64,000 nucleotides of DNA from Raillietiella orientalis (lineage: Eukaryota). Below, piece by piece: positions 12,877 to 26,039 of the stretch (within the stretch, counting starts at the first letter, position 1; every line of letters starts with the position of its first letter). The position numbers and the translations under genes are program-made. Below the pieces are notes generated by a model. It was given only the letters and a program-made list of their open reading frames with translations, was not told where the DNA came from and searched no databases. The stretch covers positions 1,612,001 through 1,676,000 of the forward strand of contig JAYWIR010000038.1 in assembly GCA_036172245.1 (NCBI GenBank). The letters are read 5' to 3'.

Positions 12877-13729
12877 TCTCCGCTTCTGCCTAACGGGGCC
12901 AAGCCAAAAGACTCGGGGTCCGCAGAGATGGACCGAGTCTTCTATGCACCTAGCTAGGAGGAAACTTTGAGCACCCCCGGAATTTCTCATCGGCACCTCG
13001 ACCCTCTCCTTTCATGCTGCCAGCTGACCTCCCCACCATGTCCTGGTGCACCGGGCGCGCGCTCTCCCTGAACGAGGAAACATATCACCGCGAACTACTC
13101 CAAGGGTGCCCTCTGCGTGGTGGTGGTAATCCTGCTTGCATGTGCTCCCGGCATGCAAAAGCCTGTGCCAGCGATGGGAGCGAATCGCCGAGGCCCTCGG
13201 TGGTGCCGCCCCATAGGACCTACATGAAGGGATGCTCCATCTTCCAGGCTCTTCCGGCCTCTGCCTTCTCCCTGACGATCCTCCGTGAGAGTAGCGGTGG
13301 CCACCAGAATGAAAAGGCATGGTCGCCGTCCCGCGCAGCTGATTGCGGCGGTCGTCGCCGACACGCGAACGGCGACCAAATGGAGCGATCCGGGATTTGA
13401 AGATGGAAAGGAATCTTCGGACGATCGTGGACAGACTAATAGGAGCCCGATGACAGTCAGGAACGTAACTTCGGTTACGAGCCGGCACTTTGGCGATTCT
13501 CTGCAGCCGTAAAATCCATCTTAAGTAATCCGGCAGTCCGCTATGAGGACTCCTGACCACCACCACAAGAGTCTGCGTGCAGTATCATGAGTATCTAGGA
13601 GACCCCTCCTTGAGGTAACTGCCCACCTTTTCTCTCTCCCTTCCCCGGTGTTGGTTGTTTTTGAAAGAGCCGGTTGTCATGGCTCCTTGCAAAATGAAAG
13701 ACTGATGAAGAACAGATCTGCCTCCAAGG

Positions 13730-15515
13730 CAGATTTTGTTTTTTGGGATTCTTAAGGAGTACTGGAGGTTCGCTTCCTTGAGGGGAGCTCACAAAGAGCT
13801 CTAACACTGTCCACTCTACCCGGGGGGTCGTACAGCGTCAGTTAGGGAGTAACCCTATGAATCCAGGAACGCTCCAGAGGAAGGAGTGAGTTCCTCTCAC
13901 GCATGCTAGGGGACCCCAAGGGGAATCCCCTTCCTTATTCTCTCCAGAGGGGGTCACTCCTCTTTCTTTCTTCAGAGATGAACCCGGAATGGATCCGCTT
14001 CTAGAATTTCTTCTCCGGAGGGAGCCCGCAAGGAAGCCGCTCCTGTGTACTCCTCCTCTGAAGAGAACCCCGAAGGAACGCTTTCCGATTTCTCTGGAGA
14101 GAGCCCCCTTACGAAGGGAGCAGTGCGCTTGCTCTCTGGAGAGATTGATATCGACCATCTCTATGGGACGCGTTTAAGGGCTTCATTTTGACAACCGGAT
14201 GGAAACCCCAAAGGACTCCTTGATGCTCTGGAAGGACCCTGGAGGGTCGACTTCCAGCCCCGGCCAGTTGGCGGGGGCTTCTGCCAGTACCGCACCCGAA
14301 GCGTATTAGACCTGCCCGCGTCATATTGCGGGAGAGGAGGGGACTCGTAAACCCACGACGCACCCCTTTCTTAGCCCTGGAGGGATTAGAACCCGCGACG
14401 CTCGGTGCCACGCGACCGGAGACCGCCGCTGCCACAAGGTGGACCTCCAACGTGAATGTGCACGAAGTTTCTACAGGGAAACTGGAGGTCTGCAGGGAAT
14501 CTGTGGAGGTGCTTGGAAACATCCCCTTTTTACCCTTCTGGAGCGCAGTCCTTCAGAGCTCCCTAGGGAGCTCTGAAGGACGGGAAGTGGCCGTGCCCGA
14601 AGACAAACTGAAGTGGGTTTCATGCTGAAAGCGTTCTCCTCTATGGAAATCCTTTTGGGATTTTTTCTGTCTCCGCTGCTTTCCTTCGGGTTTTTTTTTT
14701 TTCTTTGGGGTTTTGATTTTTTTGGTTTGCAAAGTTCCTCAAGAACCGTCGCGCCCCTGGCGAAGGCTCACGCAGCTCTTTAGCACTGTTCCACCCCAAC
14801 TGAGGGTGCGTTTAATTCTTCAAGATAGGGGGTACCTCGGGAGAGAACCACCCTGTGAATCCAGGAAGGGCTCCGGAGAAGAGAGTCCGTTTCTCTTACG
14901 CCTGGGGTGGGATCACCGAAGGAAACCTCCACTCTGTTTGTCTCTGAAACGGACCCCGAAGGGAATCTCCTCTTCCTTATTCTCTCCTGGGGGACCCCCA
15001 AAGGGGGCTTCTCCATTTCCGTCTCCAAGGGGAACCCAGAAAGGATCTGCTTCCTATTTCCTCTTCCTCTGAAGAGAACCCCTAAGGGATGATTCTGAAT
15101 TCTCTCAGAAGAACGCTCCTCGAAAGGAGTGGTACACCTCTTCGAACTCTGGAGAGGCATCGTCAATCCACCGGCTCCATGGTACGAGACAGAGGATCCA
15201 TCTTCAAGGGGGGAGGGACGGCTCCTTTTCACAACCAGAGGGGAACCCCAAGGGATCCTTGATTCTGTTTCCTGAAGGAACCCCAGAGGGTCGACTCCCA
15301 ATCCCAGCCACTCATCGGGGGCATCTGGTTTGAACCGCTACCAGTGCTGCACCCGAATGATAGGCCAACCAGTGTAGTCTCGCAGGAGGAACTCGAACCC
15401 ACGACGCACCCCTATTTCTCCGGAGTCCATTCTTTTTGAGTATTCGAATTCGCGACGCTTGGTGGTGCCACGAGCGGAAACCTTAGCAGCCACACGGCCT
15501 TCGACGCGGGCAAGA
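13730..15515 (-). mobile_element. Two tandem diverged copies (about 13730-14460 and 14690-15515) of a long tRNA-headed SINE-like repeat
   Basis: Shared blocks aacccacgacgcacccct, gagggtcgact and gaatccaggaa. B-box variant GGTTCTAATCC (reverse complement of 14383-14393). A-rich ends on the minus strand at about 13735 and 14690-14720. Confidence 0.55.
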
Positions 15516-17099
15516 GCTGCAAACTTTGCCTTACGCCCTCTATCAGATAGGGAGGAATGGGCATGAGATATTGAACTGCCTGTGCATCGACACGTTCCCA
15601 TCAGAGCTTGCTTTCTGCTTCTAGAAAACGTCCTGCACATCTTCACTGCGTCATCCCTAGCGTGAGCACCAGCATCCTTGCATATCCTTTCCACTGACTC
15701 CTTGACGAGTCAGGAAAAAGACTCAAGGCGTCCATCTACGTCCCGCCGGAGCCGCCTTTCTTGAAGAATGGAACCATCGTTTTCCTGCCATGAGTCCCAT
15801 TGACAAGAAACACGAGACCATCGGGCTTCCTCTGTCATCCACGTGTTCTGCTGCTAGGAGTCCAAAAATTGGCAGCCAGTACTCGCCAGATGAAGAAGAC
15901 AGTGGCAAGTCCTCGAGCCTCTGGCGGGGCACCTTCCAGGAATCACTCTTGCATTTTCCCTGGAGATTTTCTCTCTGGCAAATGTACTTCTATCAGAACA
16001 CTCAGGATATTTCAGGCGCTGAGTTCATTCGCAAAAGCAGACCCGAGGCACCCAGCAAGGAAGTCCCCCACCGGCTGTTGATTCGCGGCTCCTTCGAGTG
16101 GAATCCAGAGGCTTTGGAACGTCCACGCTGCGGTAGCAAAATGACGGCGGCAGGAGGAGGAGGAAGAGGGTTCAGCGAAGCAGCGAGCGGCAAGGTCGCT
16201 CGCGAGGAGGGCAGTCCCTCCCGTCGAATTACCGACCGGTCCCTGCTGCTGCGTCCCCCGTTTTCTTCCCCAAACACGCTGGGGAGGGACTGCAGGACCA
16301 AGGGGGAGTAGTGCAGGAGCACGGAAGTGCACTGAGGTCTGCAACGCTGGAGGTTCTCACCACTGGAGATGGCACTGGGGAAGTTCAGAGGAAAAGCAAG
16401 GGAGGCGCCACCACGCAGCTCGCTCTCGAAGGATCGGAGGCATGAAGAAGAAAGACTCAAGGGTTCGCAGCCACGAGCCAGAAAAAGTGGACGTCCGCAT
16501 GCACAGAAGTGGACCGTGAATGGGGAGGTCACGTGGTTTCGAATGGATGGGTTCAGAGACTGGGGCAGCGGAAGACAGACTTTGGGGAATCAGGATAGTG
16601 TTCCCACCACTGGCAGCCACTTCTTGCGGTCCGAACCCGCCGGTTTCCGGGTGAGCAAGAGGGTGTCTCTGAGGACGGAGCGCTGCCCCTGCCGATCAGC
16701 GAAAGGACTGTCTCCTTCCGGTCGGTTACCGTCGAAACCTGGGAGCTCCAGCGCCCTCGTGGCAGCCAGAGGGCGTTGGTTGGAACGAGGAAAGGGTGGT
16801 CTTGACCTGTAGATCCCCTTCGGAGGCAACTAAGGCGGGGGCAGCGAGGACTAGACCGGGGCACACTGCGGAAGACTCGTGTGGAATGCCCTTCGCGAGC
16901 GTCTCACCTGTGCCCCTCCGTGCTTGGGAGTCCCGAACCGGACAGAAGGGATCCAAGAAGTCGGCGCCGTGGGTGGTGATGACTTCCGGCCAGAGAGATC
17001 TCCAGAATGCAGCGGCGGCTGTAGAATGAAAAGAATACCTGAACTGAAAGACCCCTGTCCCTACCTCTTACCCCTTATTTTTCACTTTATTAGTCCTCG

Positions 17100-18215
17100 T
17101 CTGCCCCTTCCGCTTCTGCCTTTCTCAGAATCCGTTCTGAGAGCTGAAGGTCATCCCTAGAGAACTTCCCTGGAAGGACCTCCATTCCAAGGCGATCCTT
17201 CCTCACATAGTGAAGTCGCCGCGCCTGAACCGCGGTTCTCTTCGCAACGAGTCGCAGCTGCTGTGAGCGCCATGCTCTCAGTTCCCAAAAGGGCACGGAG
17301 GTGGAAGAGGAAGGGTGCTTTTGCATAGGCATTGGGGCTCGCTGCCGCCTCCAAGCAGGTCTCAGAGCCGGAATTGGCAGGAAGACGAAATAAAAAGCGG
17401 GTGCGGCTTGAATTCCATACTAGATCTCTTGCGGGGGGAGCCGCGAATCCGAACAGGATGAGGCAGGAACGAGCGCCCAGTGACCCTCTCCCTTCAAGGG
17501 GGAGAGTTACTAAGTATTCCGGAGGAAGACTTGCAGTGGCTCCCAGCGCTCCTGGACAGACGCACTCCCTTATTAAAGTCGCAGGAGTCGGCGTTGATGC
17601 TCCTGCAAGGGGGCCTCTCGTGCAACTTCCTCTGGCACCACTGGACGCGGGTGTGTGTGGACCCGAACTGTGACAAAGGCGGGGAACGCAAATCCCTCTC
17701 CCATTTGCTTGTGAGTTTTATGCCCTCCGTCCTCTCTGGGAACGCCTTGCTGCGACCCTAGGAACCCCCAGAGGCAACTCCAGGGGCGCAATACGACTCC
17801 TCCTCTTACGCGATGCCCTTCAGTCGGCAGCCTCGTCAGCAGCTCCCTGCTACCTATGCTTGATTGTGGCGGTCTGGAGCGACGCCGGAAGAGGACCGAG
17901 AGACAGGAATGTCACATCCACTTCGCTGTCCGATTCATGAGGATGGCATCGAGATGGCCACGCCTGAAGGACTGTATCCAGCAAGAGCTTGCCGGCATCC
18001 TCCAAAGGATGCAGAAGACCACCTCCAACAAGACTTGATTCCTTCCCACAACCTCCAAAATTGATTTTGTTTTTTTTTTTGTTCCCTTTTCTTTTTGTTT
18101 GTCCCCTTCCCTCTGCTTCCACGATGGACCTCATTGGTCTGCGCACCGGTAACGCGGCCAGTTTGGTTTGAAAAGGATATGGCTGGACCACCCATCTAAC
18201 CACAGGAATAGTAAA
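17100..18215 (+). mobile_element. L1/Tx1-like ORF2 3' end (family A), plus strand
   Basis: LLSIPEEDLQWLPALL..PLLKSQESALMLL..WHHWTRVCVDPNC..SLSHLLV (17480..17761) and FAVRFMRMASRWPRL..ELAGIL (17856..18038). Clear homologue of 10627..11361. Confidence 0.75.
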
Positions 18216-19098
18216 TGTTTTTATAAGAAATTAAGCCCCGGCGTACCCGGGTGATAACTCTTTCCCTGCAATGGGAAGGGGAGGGTGAACCCTGTGCCCT
18301 AAGGCAATCCCCGCTAGCCAGCGCTGGTGACTGAGACACTCTGCTCCTACTTGACCATCTCCCTAACGGGAGTAGCCTTTTGACTTGCCTTTCTCAAGAG
18401 GGTCATCCCTGGACACTCCTGGAGGCGGCAGGGGGAAGCACAAAGCTTGTGTCTCCGGGATCATGCTAGAAGTTTCTGCTCCGAGGTCAAGAGGCTCCTT
18501 GCTGTTCAAAACCCCGTTGCTATTATGAAGAGGTTGTTCTTACAAGGGAAGGATGGACCCCATCGAGTCTTTCTCTTCTTGCCCGTCCTCTTCTTCTTTA
18601 GGCAGCGGTGAGTTGTCGAGGATATGCCTGCTCGGACCCAACGTCTCTGCTGTGCCCTTTTTGGGAGAGTCGAGTTCGAGGTGCCCAGACCACAAGTTGG
18701 CGCAAACGCCCCTTACCCCTCTTAACGCGCCCCGTCTAGCCTTGACGACCGGATCCGGAAGAATCCGAGATGATTCCTAGGAATCATAATCGTCCGGTCG
18801 GGAGAATTTTAGTCTCCTTTAGAGCAGCCAGAATCCGAGCGCCAGCTCTGCTTGACCTCCGTCCTCTGGTGGCTTCCTACATTCTCCTTCTAGACTTCCA
18901 CATGCTGTTAACTTTCGTGCTGCTCTCCGGAGCTGCTCCCTGCAAACTGGATCGATCCTTCCCGACGCTTTCGAAGACCCGATTGCTCCCAGATCCCGCA
19001 AATAAATGAGCTCCCGGGACGAAATGCAAGATGTATGAGAATCCTGCACCTCGCATAAACAAACACGAGATGCGACTCTTATCGTTTTCAGACAGAAA

Positions 19099-21000
19099 TA
19101 TGAACGGATCCCTTGCACTTCATCTTCTCATCGACATTTCGCTTGCGCTCGCATTCTGCTTCTTGACGCAAAAGAAGAGAGTCGAATACCTCATAGAAGG
19201 TACCGAGATCTATAAAGTACAAACAGAGATTTTACTTTTTCTTTGGGAACAGAGACCAGTGCCTTCTTTTGTAGCGTCAGTTCTCTTATGGACAGCATAC
19301 GACCATGTCCGGTTTTCTCTCCATCCTATCTTCCGTTCCAAGATAGGTGCCTGAAGATCACACGTCGGAAAAAGAAACAGCTATGGAAATTGTTGGATCC
19401 CCTCTACGGAACTGCTTACCCATTTTTGTGAAGATCGAACGTCATGAATATCTGAAATTCTTGGGAACATTCTGGTGTTTTGGATATCCGGCGCTGGACC
19501 TTGGGAGTAGCTTATTATGAGACAGCTTCTTGAACCAAAGTGGATTGAACATTAGCCAATGCAAGAACAGAATGTAACACAGTGAATGTAACACAATAGA
19601 TTTCAACAACAGAAGCCATTCGATTAAGTCATCTTCTACAGTCGGGGGTACTCCTCTTTAGAGAATCGAAGACAGCAATCCTCTTTCAGGTCTCTGAGAG
19701 GACATATTTCTTCATCAAGTATAAAAGATATAGCTTCAAAGAATCCAGGGGTATCCAGAATTCCTATCAGAAAGCAGACGTCCTCCAGATCTTAAGTATT
19801 CCCGCTGCATCTCCTTGAGTAGTCACTGGGCCAAGATCATCCACGCAAACACACTGAGAGTCTGCCTGGAATGGCGAGGGGCAAAAACACTGCGCTGCAT
19901 ATTAACACAATGCAGCTCTGTCCAACCAAATTGGACAGCGTCCAGCGAATTGATGATGCAGATGAAATCATTTGCATATCACGGTCACAAAATAGAGAAT
20001 TGGCAAAGTTCTAACTGAACCAACGTGCGGGCAATGCAAACAGTCAAGTGCTGCCAAGTGTTGGAAAGATCCAACACTTGGCACCGGTGGTGCCTGGTAC
20101 AGTCGGAGGGACACGAGAATCCTCTCTCGCACTCGCCTGTGGATCAGGCCGGCATCTTTGGAAACACGGTGGAGGCGTTTGCATCTTCTCCTTTCCTCTC
20201 GTAGGCTTGAAGAATGGCTACGCTAAGTGTTGCCTCCTTTTTTCTTTTTTTTCTTAGCAAGAACCCTTGGCACGAATCCTGAATGTGAACCTTTGTATCC
20301 TGTAAAGCGTATCTCGGTATCACCTAAATCAACGTTTGCCAAACTATGTTCCGAGGGAAATCAATAAGTGTCCCGTGAAAAATCATGAAAATTAATGTTT
20401 TCAATGCTATTAAGTTTATTTCACTATCTTCATGTGGTTTGTTTTACATAATTAAAATTTGAGAACAAATGTTTGTTTTGTTTTCTTAACTATTATACTT
20501 ACTTGCTTCATTTATTCATTATTAATATCTAGCTACCCTATAAAATAACCAAGTCATTCCGTTCAAATTTAAGGATTTGTGAAGTGTTCCGTCACAGGAA
20601 CAGTTTGGGAAACACTGACCTAAACAATGCTGGTCATCTAACACTTGCACACACTAGTTATAGCTAGTGTCATCAATGTTTTTTTTTTTCCTCTTGAGAA
20701 GGAGAGGAGGGAGGGGAGGGGGGCATATCTCTTAGATAGAATTCTGGTCAGCTGTTTAACTCAGGGGGTCAAATAGTTGGCTATAGGGGAAGGGATGCGT
20801 TGAAATTTTAAACAATAGCAACAGTGAACTTGTGTTCCCAGTTCACGTTTCAGGATTCTGCCTCCAGAGACCCTGATTCGACCTTCATGTGCCAGGTCGA
20901 CAACGTCAAGACCAGAAACATGTCCATGCCATGTGCCTTGCTTTTCGAGAGGACGTGCACCTTTGGCTTCGATGTCCACACATTTTGGATGGCTCCCAAC
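19099..21000 (+). pseudogene. Possible decayed Ig-domain / adhesion-GPCR-like extracellular protein gene
   Basis: Signal-like MNGSLALHLLIDISLALAFCFL. Ig-like Cys motifs ETSAFFCSV, FLGTFWCFG and DSTFMCQVDN, plus HormR-like W..C...G...RC..W near 19820-19935, are scattered across frames with stops. Motif impression only. Confidence 0.25.
20330..20617. mobile_element. hAT (Charlie-like) MITE
   Basis: TIRs caacgtttgccaaact and agtttgggaaacactg. 8-bp TSD acctaaat (20322-20329) / acctaaac (20618-20625). Confidence 0.8.
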
Positions 21001-24000
21001 TCAATCGAAACTTTGGGCTGGGCTTCGCTCAGGATATTTATATCTTCCTCTTTGATCGGAGGTTGCATGCAGCACATCAACGACTTGCAAACCTCTACGA
21101 GTTTTAGAAACCTTGAATTTCGAAGAAACATGCACTTTGCATTTTTCTTTAGCGATGTAGAATATAACACGTGTAACTTTTACTCAAGTGGTTGATCTGC
21201 TTGCTAGAAAGAATTTCACAGACTCTGCACTGGAAAACCCAATCCCCACACTGAGACTCCGGGACTCGTGGCATCTCAAGATTCGCGTGTTAAAGATGCT
21301 GACCGCAAGTTTTCCAATGCTTTTCCTCCAGTCGCAGAATCAAAGACCTTTGCATCCAATTACTCCCTTCCAAATCCCGAAAGTTCTAAGCTCGCTTCAC
21401 TGCACCTCAGACGTATCCTACCTAAGAACACCACATAATCCCCAACAAGTGTCCTTAGTCTGCCATTTTGCTGCCTTCGCGAAAGCGAAGCACAAGTTTT
21501 AAGCGATCAAAACACTGAAATCAATAGAAGGCGGTTAGAGAGAAGTCTAGTAATATATTTTTGGATGTCTTCCTGCATCCCTTAGTCATTTGCTGCTTCA
21601 ATTGGCTTTCTGAAATGATGCAACCGGTACAATTTTTTTTTTTTGCGATGATGTCGACCTGCAATCTAGAACTTTGATTCCTTCGATCGACGTCTGGTGC
21701 TTCGTGAGCTCTGATGGAAAACGGTCCCAAGCCAAAGAGTTTGTTCTAACTACTTGCATGTCTTGACGTATTCCGTGATTGGGATGTTCGTTCCCGACAA
21801 CCGAGGCGGTTTTTGCTGTTCTTACCATTAGCATCTCCACCACATCCAGACTCCTCCTCATATCCAGATCACCAAGCAATCGGTTTGCATCGCGTGCCGC
21901 TTAGGCAGGTCTGGCAGTTCTCTCTCATTAGCCCTAAGAACACGTTTGCTTATTTTCATGTGTACTTCTGAGTGCCTTTAAAAGTCAGCATGAAAGCAAT
22001 CTGTATGTGGTAAAATCCCTCTATGACCAGTAGTTTGGGTTCAGAAGCAGGAACTGTGTTCCTCCCCCCCCCCATATTTCCTGCGCTCTTTTTATTTTAC
22101 AAGAATTTGTTTCTAAGTAGTGCATGAAGTCCCTCTTCCTCACCACTGTTTCCTAGCATCTCCAAAAGAATTTTCTCTCGCAAATCGTGCCATTTCCACG
22201 TACACATTCGCTTAAGGCGATGGAAGAACGAGAAGAAGAAGAAACTGCTCGTTTTCCTTCTGGGAGGGACTTCAGAATACACAAACCAAATCAGTCAGAG
22301 AAACGACAAAAAAAGGGAAAAACACCAACATCGAAAAGGCGAAGTTGGATGAAGGCGTAAACACGTACACCAAATCACAAGAGCTCCGTTGGGCGTGATT
22401 GTTATCTCCAGGCAAACGGTTATCTCAACCGAGAGTGAAGGTTAGCACGCAGTAGCAACTCTTAGGCGGTTAATCTGGAAGTCATGCTGTGCACTGGAGC
22501 CCCTGTTGCTTCTGCGGTAGAAGAAAGCAAGTTGCAGCGATTTCTTGTTTTGCTTTTGAAAAAGAGGAGAGCAATGCAGGAAATTCTTCCGAACGCGTAC
22601 TGCTGCTTTTTGTGTGTGTGTGTGTGTTTTTTTTTACATCAAGTTACCATGTTCCAGAATCCGTGAATGCTCATTATTTAGGACAGCACGAATCTCTAAA
22701 AGGTGGTCATATGCATTTCCTTTGGCTTATTTTTTGAGGTCAGTTACAAATAAAGTGCTGATAATCATTACCTGATTCATCATCTGATTCTAGTGAAAAG
22801 AAAAGGTATCTCATGTGTATGTGTATGTACACACACAGACTGCTCAAAGATTTCTGCTCTTTTTCTCGTTCGCGTGAACTCCCAAACGTCTAATGAATTT
22901 GCATTTGTTTTCTTGAGAATTCTTGATTTTTTTAAAAAAGTCGCAAATAATTCAAAGCATTTCTTTCTTTCTGTCTGAATAAAAAAACTTTCGGCAGCAT
23001 TTGATTTGTTAGAAAATCAGAAAATTATTTCAACGTATATTTCATATAGTACATGTACAAAATACAACGCACAGACATATTATCCATGAGAGCAGAACAT
23101 CTCTCTTCTAAGCAATCTTATCTGGATGCTAGCAGATTCAATACATTTTAATGAAATGTCTGGCTCTAAACTTGGAGAACGTCAGTTTAGAACATGTTCG
23201 TTTGGAATGTAATTGCTATCATTTGTTTAAGTGTTCCATCAAATTTGGATGCTATTCTTCTTCAACTTTAGCAATTATCTTCTAGAGCTGAACTGAATTT
23301 TTTTTTTTTTCCTTTTGGTAGAAGATCCATTTGTTATTTACGAAATCTGAGAATGAACGGAGGAAAGAGCTCCTATATAGGTTGAACGATCATCCTCCGC
23401 GGAGTAGCACTGTGTAAAAAGACAAACATACCTTTAGCAGAAGGACTGGTGTTAGATTGTGGCAAAGTGAAAAGATGTAAATTCCATACCAACATTCATT
23501 TGAGCCAACATAAATTTGCTAAAAAAAAAAAAAAAAGAAGAAGAAGGAGCTTCGTACTTCAGCATAAATGTCTTTTGATTAAAAGAACTTTACAGTGCTG
23601 ATCAACTGCAGCCTATGTGGAAATCCAACAAACTCAAGAATGACTTTATTTGAGACAAAAAAAGACAAAATACGAAACAGTGATCACAGCATCATAACTG
23701 TGGCTTTCAAAAGAGCTCCAGAGCCATCACATTACAAAAATGGAAATGTGACCGCACAATTAAATGAATCATTATCCTCTGTGATGGGAGTGATAGCAAC
23801 CACAAACGGAAAGTCTTCATGGTTTAAGAAGCACAGACGGCTTGATCTTCTGTACTGAATTGCTAACGTCCTCTCGCAAAGAGCAGAAAATTACTTTGTG
23901 CAGGAGGTGCTGGCAATGTCTTTGGGTGTGAATAGTAGAAAAGGAGAAGATGGAGGGTGCCGCTGCAGTGGGGATGCCCGACTGAAGCAGTTTTGCTATA

Positions 24001-24702
24001 GGGATGCTTTTAAGGAAACTTGGGCTGCACGTGTTACTCGGAGATGAGTCACAGGACGAACACCCAGGAAATACAGCACAAACACTAAACAATTCTCAAA
24101 AAGCATTTGGAAATATTTCTTTTATTTCAAGTTATTCGCTATATTCAGTAATTTTAAGTGTGTGCCACTACTCTTTATTTCGAATTAGTGATCTGTTTCG
24201 AAATTTCGTATACATCCCTGTACATCATTGTATCTAAACTAAGAAAAGGAAATCTAAAGAACGTTGCTTTTAGTGTTTTTAGGTTTCAGAAGCGACAGTT
24301 TTGTTTTTGTTCGATTTTCCTGCTTCCCGTAAACCCACCCTTTAGAAGTTGGAAATGTGCTCTTTCAATAGAGTTCAGTTATTGTCCAAAATGCCACGAA
24401 AAATGCCAGAAATCTGTATTTCTTATGTCTCGGACGACTGAAACTAATAAGTTTGGTATTTAAAGTACTAACCTTGGTCCTAATGGTTTAAAGGCAATGG
24501 GCACATTTAGTTGAATTTTTTCTTTTTTTTTTTGTCATGTTAATAAGCTTGTACGAACATGCTGTAATCAGTGCGTATGTTGTTGCAAAGAGAGCAGTGA
24601 AATGCTGAACTAAGTTTTGTTGGAATTATCAACAAAATGATGTGTTCCCAGATAGAATGTGACATATTTTTCTTATTTGCATTATATTTTACAGGTTTTA
24701 CG

Positions 24703-26034
24703 ATGTTAACAAAGTATAGTTGCCCATGTTTAAATGTCCAGATTGAATTAAGTCGACAGGATGATATTTTGAAAGAAGATTTAGATTACTTCAAGCAGTT
24801 TTTGATAGAACAAGAATTTAAAATTGGAAATCGGGTAAGTACTTTAATGTATCGGAAGTCGCAAGATAAAGGAGCTTAAGGGTTTTATGTTTTGAATTGT
24901 AAATCTGTAATGCGCTTTCTTTGTTATTCCGTAGCCAGATAGAATTGGAATAGCTGACTGGTCAGGAATCACTTTAAAATATATATTTCTTATTCAAAGT
25001 TTACATTATGAACCCTGTACAGTAATCCGATGTTTTGGATGTAACATGTCAGCTTTGGCATATATGAAGAGTCAGACAAGACTTATTGTTGCCATAGGAA
25101 ATGGAATGAAGGTCAGATAGTAGCAACTTTTACACCTGCTTATGTAATTAGGATGTGCAATCTGTTATACAAGATGCTCAGGAATCAGCTGATTTTTCTG
25201 AAGCATTTCAGCTTAGACGGTTAAGAGAGTATCAGATTGAAAGTTGCAAACATGCAAACCAAGTTGTATCTGATCTTTTGGAGCAACACCTCCAAGAATA
25301 CTTGCTCCAGGAAAAGGAGCAGATGCAGCAACGTATAGCTGCTTATATCAAAGAACAGAAAGAAGCCTTATTAATGTGTCAACATCAAGCCCAAGCAGAT
25401 GCTTTCTATTTGCTGAGGTATAAGACTCACTGATGCTGAGAGATGCTTTGAAGTCTGGCTGAAGTCTTGCAGGATCCATTAAAGAGCAATCAGTTCAACA
25501 AGAAGTGAGACTGTCCCTCCCACAAACTCCAGAAACAACAGAAAATGGTGCTGGTCCCTTGCCTAGAGTACAGGAGATCAGTGTAAGATTCGTTTTCCCA
25601 TAGATGGTTGACAGACTGACAAATAAGTTCAACAGAGTATGGCTCAGAGGATAAGAAGCAACTTCAAATGTCCACGCAAATCTAGTATTGGCCATTCACC
25701 CCTACCCTCATCTACAGATATCCAAGGAGTATTCCAGATGGAAGGCTTTGAGGAGCAAGAACCACAAAAATTTTTAGATCCCAGTGATACATCTGAGCAA
25801 GAAAATTCCCTGCCTGCTAGCAGGACTCCTGGTCCTATTTTATCTAGATCAGCTCCAGTTAGTGTACCTATCATCTTAAAAACTCAAAAATACCTCTGGG
25901 ATGATGATGACCAGAAAGTACCTGAAAGATTTGAAGGAATAGCAGCATCCATTCAAGCCCTAGCACGCAGTGTTCACCCAGAATTGCATGAAGATGTGTT
26001 TGGTGACTTACCCCAATCACGTCTGGCTGGATAA
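24703..26034 (+). CDS. AKT1S1: PRAS40/AKT1S1 (Lobe)-like mTORC1 regulator, multi-exon
   Basis: C-terminal SRSAPVSVP..IAASIQALARSVH...VFGDLP matches PRAS40 (AKSLPVSVP..IAASMRAL..VFGDLP). TOS-like FQMEG, N-terminal SCPCLNV and a coiled-coil exon at 25153-25417. Short GT-AG introns (e.g. donor at 24835). Internal exon boundaries are approximate. Confidence 0.85.
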
Positions 26035-26039
26035 CATTT

